From a bacterium (GTDB lineage: Bacteria > UBA10199 > 2-02-FULL-50-16 > JAJFLM01), in the NCBI GenBank assembly GCA_965216315.1, contig CBDCFN010000016.1:2272001-2336000 (forward strand): a stretch of 64,000 nt of DNA, given 5' to 3'. Positions 62,704-64,000 of the stretch are shown one piece after another (position 1 is the first letter of the stretch; the number at the start of each line of letters is the position of its first letter). Made by a program: the position numbers and the translations under genes. Under the pieces are notes generated by a model. The model saw only the letters and a program-made list of their open reading frames with translations. It searched no databases and had not been told where the DNA came from.

Positions 62704-63897
62704 ATGAAAGCATTAATACTTGCGCTTAGCCTACTGAATTCTATCTTTATACTTGCTTGTTCTTCATCATCTGATGATGTCGAACACCGCGCTGTCAAAT
62801 GGGTTCTTTCCCGACCCGTCAGTTTTGACCTCAGAATCCCCCCCCAGATTTTCAAGGGTCAATTGCCGAGCGATCCTGAGCTGGCCGAATGTCATACGCA
62901 AGGCATGGAAATCGTCAATGAAAATGTCATTATCAGCTGTAGTCTGTACAATTCCCGCCAAAAAATTCGCCGGAGCTATGCGGCCGAAAGCCTACTCCTC
63001 AAAGCTCCATTAAAAGACATTACTAACACAGCCCAGAAACATCACATCGCCTGGTCAATGAAGAAAATCACTGAGACCGTTCCCGCTGCCGAACAAAAAC
63101 GAATTACTGATTCAATGATTCGCAATATTCCAAGCACCCTCGGCACTTTCATGAATTGGTTTTTGCCTTTAGATGATATTGAGCACGTCATGGGACATCC
63201 GTCGGGCCTTGCTTATGACCAGAAAGCCGGCGGGCTCTGGGTCGCAAACGCCGTCTATGGATGGGATTCTTATACTCATCTACTCCTCTTAGACCCAGAC
63301 ACGCTTGAACCTATTCCCAAGCACCAACCACTCGCCGTTCACGATCACCTTGGTTTTGTTGCGACGACAGCAGGCCCTTTTCTCTGGTCTTTCAACTGGG
63401 GAAAAGAACCGCGTATGATTATTATTGATCCAAGCACGGGAAAGACACGGTGGCGACCGCGCCCTGTTCCTAATAATATCGCGTATCAGGACTGCGACAA
63501 CCTTGATGAGCATACTATACTATGCGCAGGAGGCATGAAACTGCCTAATAGTTGGTACCCGCAACGGGATGGTGTCCTCCACATGCTGAGTGTAAGCGGT
63601 AATGAACTTGATTATTTAAAAGTCTATCACACCGAAACACTTGTATGGAGACCTAAATTCGCAGAGAAGGTATCATCAAAATTCGGCTCAAGAAGCTTTG
63701 TCAGTGTAGAAACAATCGGTGACATCGAAATGGATGAATCTAATTACTACGGGGATTACACGACACCACTACCACTCACCAATGCCGGTATGGCTGTCGG
63801 CCCAAACAAGAAATATATCTATTTCCTGCCTGATGATCTGCCCCATGCACGGTTGATAAGATTTGAGCTGAGTAAGGTTCCTGCCGGTAAGGACTAG
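62704..63897 (+). CDS. Putative lipoprotein, beta-propeller-like (resembles DUF6454)
   Basis: ILAC lipobox; HTQG, HPSGL.YD..LWV, DHLG, YQDC. Confidence 0.65.
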   Translation: MKALILALSLLNSIFILACSSSSDDVEHRAVKWVLSRPVSFDLRIPPQIFKGQLPSDPELAECHTQGMEIVNENVIISCSLYNSRQKIRRSYAAESLLLKAPLKDITNTAQKHHIAWSMKKITETVPAAEQKRITDSMIRNIPSTLGTFMNWFLPLDDIEHVMGHPSGLAYDQKAGGLWVANAVYGWDSYTHLLLLDPDTLEPIPKHQPLAVHDHLGFVATTAGPFLWSFNWGKEPRMIIIDPSTGKTRWRPRPVPNNIAYQDCDNLDEHTILCAGGMKLPNSWYPQRDGVLHMLSVSGNELDYLKVYHTETLVWRPKFAEKVSSKFGSRSFVSVETIGDIEMDESNYYGDYTTPLPLTNAGMAVGPNKKYIYFLPDDLPHARLIRFELSKVPAGKD

Positions 63898-63998
63898 TGA
63901 GTAATTGTAGCTGAATCGGATTGAGTAACATCCTTAGAAAAGATTTCTTCAGAATCTTCCGCACCACCATCATCGACGAGAGGACTCTTTTTAAATAG
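63894..63998 (-). CDS. Possible 3' end of a gene entering from the right edge
   Basis: Open frame LFKKSPLVDDGGAEDSEEIFSKDVTQSDSATITH* converging on the 62704 gene. Confidence 0.35.
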   Translation of the reverse strand, partial: LFKKSPLVDDGGAEDSEEIFSKDVTQSDSATITH

Positions 63999-64000
63999 GC

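Overview
Bacterial chromosomal window. Gene content (Myxococcus-type Cys-rich repeats, CSLREA proteins, TIGR02147-like regulators, PilZ, paired ArsA-like ATPases) suggests a deltaproteobacterial-type organism; this is inference. The right half is mostly housekeeping: mrcB, priA-def-fmt-rpe-tatA, perR-peroxiredoxin, serS, glnB-glnA, galU, lexA-dinB and three tRNAs. The left half and scattered islands are accessory. The main signal is a candidate undescribed regulatory system with four parts: (i) five paralogous TIGR02147/DUF4423-like HTH proteins; (ii) five related lipoproteins carrying one to three copies of a GG(T/S)(E/D)x(G/E)NP peptide plus a shared C-x22/23-C-x-F...DLG domain; (iii) at least 16 copies of a sigma-28-like promoter motif, CAAC-N15/16-(C/T/A)CGA(T/A)AA; (iv) ten GTNNAC-N4/5-GTNNAC palindromic boxes lying 19-20 or 29-30 bp upstream of those promoters, in two subtypes that track two regulator subfamilies. 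The promoters mostly drive orphan genes without signal peptides, plus a duplicated candidate small RNA. Also seen: a palindromic repeat inserted in frame in priA, TM-less GGCSLxR[RK] C-termini, two sigma-54 promoters with upstream palindromes, and tRNA-linked repeats. No CRISPR array, rRNA, integrase or transposase was found. All family names come from motif recognition by eye; no database search was run.
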